Assembly (NCBI GenBank): GCA_965208105.1
Contig: OZ242318.1
Span: 3,776,001-3,840,000 of the forward strand
Length of the DNA: 64,000 bases
Direction of reading: 5' to 3'
Source of the DNA: Candidatus Latescibacterota bacterium
Lineage (GTDB): Bacteria > Latescibacterota > UBA2968 > UBA8231
A program made the translations under genes and the position numbers. Of this stretch, positions 61,050-64,000 are shown piece by piece (positions within the stretch are counted from its first letter, which is position 1; every line of letters starts with the position of its first letter). Under the pieces are notes generated by a model that ran no database searches, was not told the origin of the DNA, and was given only the letters and a program-made list of their open reading frames with translations.

Positions 61050-61185
61050 GAGGCGGCCTTACTCGGGAGGCAGACTGGAGATTCATCTCCTTGGGATGCC
61101 CACACCTGTGACAATCCACGACCTCATGCCGGGCATTCGCCAAAACGGAACAATTTCAATCCGATGACAACGGGAGCACCTTGAA

Positions 61186-61932
61186 ATGGGAGACGATGCC
61201 CGCGGCTTCTTCGACGAAAACGGATACTACCTGGCGCGCGGCGTCTATTCACCGGGGGAAATCGGCCGGCTCCGGGAGGAGTTCGACCGCGTCGTCCACC
61301 AGGTCGCCGAGAGCGGCAGACCTGGCGAGGGGCCCAATACGACAGAGGACAACGGCATCATCTCGACCTTCAACGTGCAGAAATACTCTGCCTACTGGCT
61401 GACCCACGGATTGCTGCACAAGCCCTTCCTGGATCTCGCCGAGCAGTTCATCGGGCCGGATATCGTCCTGCAGCGGACGAGCCTGTACGAAAAGAGGAAA
61501 GCTGCTGTCGTCGGCCCGTTCCGGATGCACCAGGACTGGATTTACGGGCCGATGGAGAAGGACACCATGGTCGCGGGGATGATCCACGTCGCCAGGGTAA
61601 CCGCGCGCATGGGCGCACTGCGCATCTACCCGGGCAGTCATCGCTCGCGGATGGAGAACTCCCGGACCACGGACGAAGACTTCAACCGGAGATTCCCCCT
61701 GGAAGACGCGCTGGTGATCGAGGGAGAGGCTGGCGACGTCCTCTTCTTCCACTACCGCCTGGTCCACGGCTCGAAGTCCAACGAGGTTGACGAGCCCAGG
61801 AAAATCGTGCACGTCCGGATGTTCTCGGGCCGCGACCGCCGTGAGAACCACAACCAGCCCTTCGAGAACCTCGTCCTGCGCGGCTGGAATTCCCACGCAA
61901 ACGCCGCCAACGCCACGTCGGACAACCCCTGA
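61186..61932 (+). CDS. Phytanoyl-CoA dioxygenase (PhyH) family protein
   Basis: FFDENGY, HQD, PGSH, AGDVLFFH..LVHGS. Confidence 0.9.
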   Translation: MGDDARGFFDENGYYLARGVYSPGEIGRLREEFDRVVHQVAESGRPGEGPNTTEDNGIISTFNVQKYSAYWLTHGLLHKPFLDLAEQFIGPDIVLQRTSLYEKRKAAVVGPFRMHQDWIYGPMEKDTMVAGMIHVARVTARMGALRIYPGSHRSRMENSRTTDEDFNRRFPLEDALVIEGEAGDVLFFHYRLVHGSKSNEVDEPRKIVHVRMFSGRDRRENHNQPFENLVLRGWNSHANAANATSDNP

Positions 61933-62137
61933 TGCCGGTCCGGCGCCCGGCGCTGATCGCCTGAGCGGCCCGCCCGGCCTGTCCCGCAGTCCTCACAATG
62001 TGCCCGCACGAACCCCTGGCAGCCCGGAAGGACTTTTTCATCGCGCTGCCAGGCCAGCGCATTCGAGGCAGGCGCGCATCTCTTTCTCGACGTGGAGTGG
62101 CAGACAGTGCCCGGGTATTCCAACCAGGGAGAGGCTT

Positions 62138-62881
62138 GTGAACTCATCTGAAAATCAGTATGACGCCATCGCCGAAGCCTATCAGGATTCAAAGCAATTG
62201 CCCTTTCGGAAATACATCGAAGCCTATTCTCTTTTCAACATTTTGGGAGATATTCGCGGAGCGGCGGTTTTGGACCTGGCATGCGGTGATGGGTTTTACA
62301 CGCGCAAGATCAAGCAAGCCGGGGCTTTGGAGGTCACGGGCGTCGATCTTTCCGCGGAGATGATCAGGTTGGCCGAAGGAGAAGAACGCGCCCGTCCCCT
62401 GGGATGCAAGTATTTGCACCGGGATGTGGCCGTGCTCGAGTTGTCCGAACCGGTTGATCTCGTGGTGGCCATGTACCTCTTGAATTACGCCGGGACGAAA
62501 GAGGAACTGCTCAGGTTTGTCGAGGTGGCTTGTAACATGCTGCGGCCTGGGGGGCGGTTCGTCGGGTTCAATGACAATGTTCAGTGCGTTCCCAGGGGAA
62601 CTCATTCCCTGGCCCAATACGGATTGGAAAAAGTGTGCGCCGATGACCCGCGAGAAGGCGATGTAATCTTGTACAAATTGACAAATGAAGACGGAACGCA
62701 GTTTGAGTTTAAAAATTACTTTCTCAAACCAGAGACCTATCAATGGACCTTTCAAGAAGCGGGATTTACCGATTTTCAATGGGTCGGCCCCTTTTTGCAC
62801 CCGTCCCAGCAGCACAATCCATTTTGGGATGCCTTTATGTCTCATCCCCCGGTCATTGGCTTCAGGGCGGCGAAACCGTGA
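62138..62881 (+). CDS. Class I SAM-dependent methyltransferase (ToxA-like)
   Basis: VLDLACGDG, GVDLSAEM, LRPGGRF; GTG start. Confidence 0.85.
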   Translation: MNSSENQYDAIAEAYQDSKQLPFRKYIEAYSLFNILGDIRGAAVLDLACGDGFYTRKIKQAGALEVTGVDLSAEMIRLAEGEERARPLGCKYLHRDVAVLELSEPVDLVVAMYLLNYAGTKEELLRFVEVACNMLRPGGRFVGFNDNVQCVPRGTHSLAQYGLEKVCADDPREGDVILYKLTNEDGTQFEFKNYFLKPETYQWTFQEAGFTDFQWVGPFLHPSQQHNPFWDAFMSHPPVIGFRAAKP

Positions 62882-62913
62882 GCCATGGATCATACCAGCG
62901 AGGACTACGGGTT

Positions 62914-64000
62914 ATGAACGCGGGATACGCATTTTTTCTGGCACTCGCCGCGGCCTGCGCCTGTTCCATGGGTGCGTTTGCGGAAGAAGAGAGGGACGAA
63001 CGGGAGATATACGAACTCCACGAGATCACGGTGACCGGCTCCCGCATCAAAAGCGCGGAGACGCTCGCGCCAGCGCCGATCGTCGTCCTCTCATCAGAAG
63101 AAATCAGGGCCCAGGGCCTGGCCTCTATCGGGGACGTGCTGCAAACGCTCACGGTGCAGTCCAATGCGATCAACACCCAGGCCAACAACGGCGGCGACGG
63201 CTCTACCCGCGTCAGTCTGCGCGGCCTCGGCTCCAATCGCACTCTCGTGTTGGTCAATGGCCGTCGCTTCGTGACGGGCGGGACAGGCGCGAATTCCTCC
63301 GTTGACCTGAACGCCATCCCCGCCGCGGTCATCGAGCGAGTGGAGGTGCTCAAAGACGGAGCCTCGGCCGTCTATGGATCGGAGGCCATCGGCGGCGTGG
63401 TCAACATCATTACGAAGACCGCGATAGAGGGGATGGAAATCGACTATTACGCGGGGACTTCGGGCGCGGGCGACGGCGAAGTCCTGGACCTCAGCGTAAC
63501 CACCGGCCTGCGAAGCGAAAAAGGCCACGTCGCCTTTTCGGCCGGCTACCACAACCAGCGGCCGGTCTGGACCGGCGACCGCAGCTTCAGCGAGTCGGAC
63601 AAGGCCTACGACTGGGAAAAGAACGACGGATCCTACAACAACAACGGCAGCTCGGCCACCCCGGAGGGCCACATCATAGACCGCTCGGGTGCCGAGGGAA
63701 ACGAAGCCTGGCAGGCGGTCGTGGAGGCGGCCGGCGACGAGGCCGGTGATTACCACCGCGATCCGGATACTGGCTGGCGTCCCTTCAATTGGGCGGGGAT
63801 TTCATCGGACGGGAGCGGCGATACCTACAACTACCAGCCGGAGAACTACCTCTACACTCCGCAGACGCGCTACAGTTCCTTTCTAAGCGGTTCCCATACC
63901 GTCGCCGTGGATGCGAAAGCGTATTTCGAGGTGATCTACACCAACCGCCAGTCCGACCAGAAGTTGGCGCCGACGCCGCTGTTCACCATAACAGACGGGA
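62914..64000 (+). CDS. TonB-dependent receptor (3'-partial)
   Basis: Signal peptide, ITVTGSRI, LRGLGSNRTLVLVNGRR, IERVEVLKDGASAVYGS..IGGVVNII. Confidence 0.93.
   Translation, partial: MNAGYAFFLALAAACACSMGAFAEEERDEREIYELHEITVTGSRIKSAETLAPAPIVVLSSEEIRAQGLASIGDVLQTLTVQSNAINTQANNGGDGSTRVSLRGLGSNRTLVLVNGRRFVTGGTGANSSVDLNAIPAAVIERVEVLKDGASAVYGSEAIGGVVNIITKTAIEGMEIDYYAGTSGAGDGEVLDLSVTTGLRSEKGHVAFSAGYHNQRPVWTGDRSFSESDKAYDWEKNDGSYNNNGSSATPEGHIIDRSGAEGNEAWQAVVEAAGDEAGDYHRDPDTGWRPFNWAGISSDGSGDTYNYQPENYLYTPQTRYSSFLSGSHTVAVDAKAYFEVIYTNRQSDQKLAPTPLFTITDG

Noticed and set aside
1-64000. CRISPR array or diversity-generating retroelement
   Set aside because: No regularly spaced repeats, cas genes or reverse transcriptase seen; repeated DNA is explained by paralogs, FG-GAP repeats and the MITE

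Overview
High-GC bacterial window, probably FCB-group (Latescibacterota/Gemmatimonadota-like). The lineage is inferred from a FlgD/YPNPFN C-terminal domain, DUF6785-type membrane protein, CRTAC1/ASPIC-UnbV, PhyH, ankyrin and sulfatase genes. From 1 to 17.5 kb is an accessory, decaying region: small housekeeping-type genes, a DIP1984-like gene with a structured ~200-nt downstream element, a SWIM protein, an IS66 remnant, an orphan ABC+HlyD cassette and a broken type IIG-like restriction-modification gene. At 17.5-19.7 kb is aspS (likely non-discriminating). It is preceded by two tandem leader-peptide attenuators, each encoding NNNP at codons 18-21 and each with its own terminator and antiterminator; this is the standout find. 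From 19.8 to 64 kb is a carbohydrate/sulfate catabolic and cell-surface region: four Gfo/Idh/MocA enzymes, beta-propellers, a sulfatase, a GH106-like gene, two paralogous ~990-aa putative outer-membrane proteins, a CRTAC1 cluster and a TonB receptor. It also holds tRNA-Pro(TGG) and three copies of a 166-bp MITE. All family calls come from motif recognition by eye; no searches were run.
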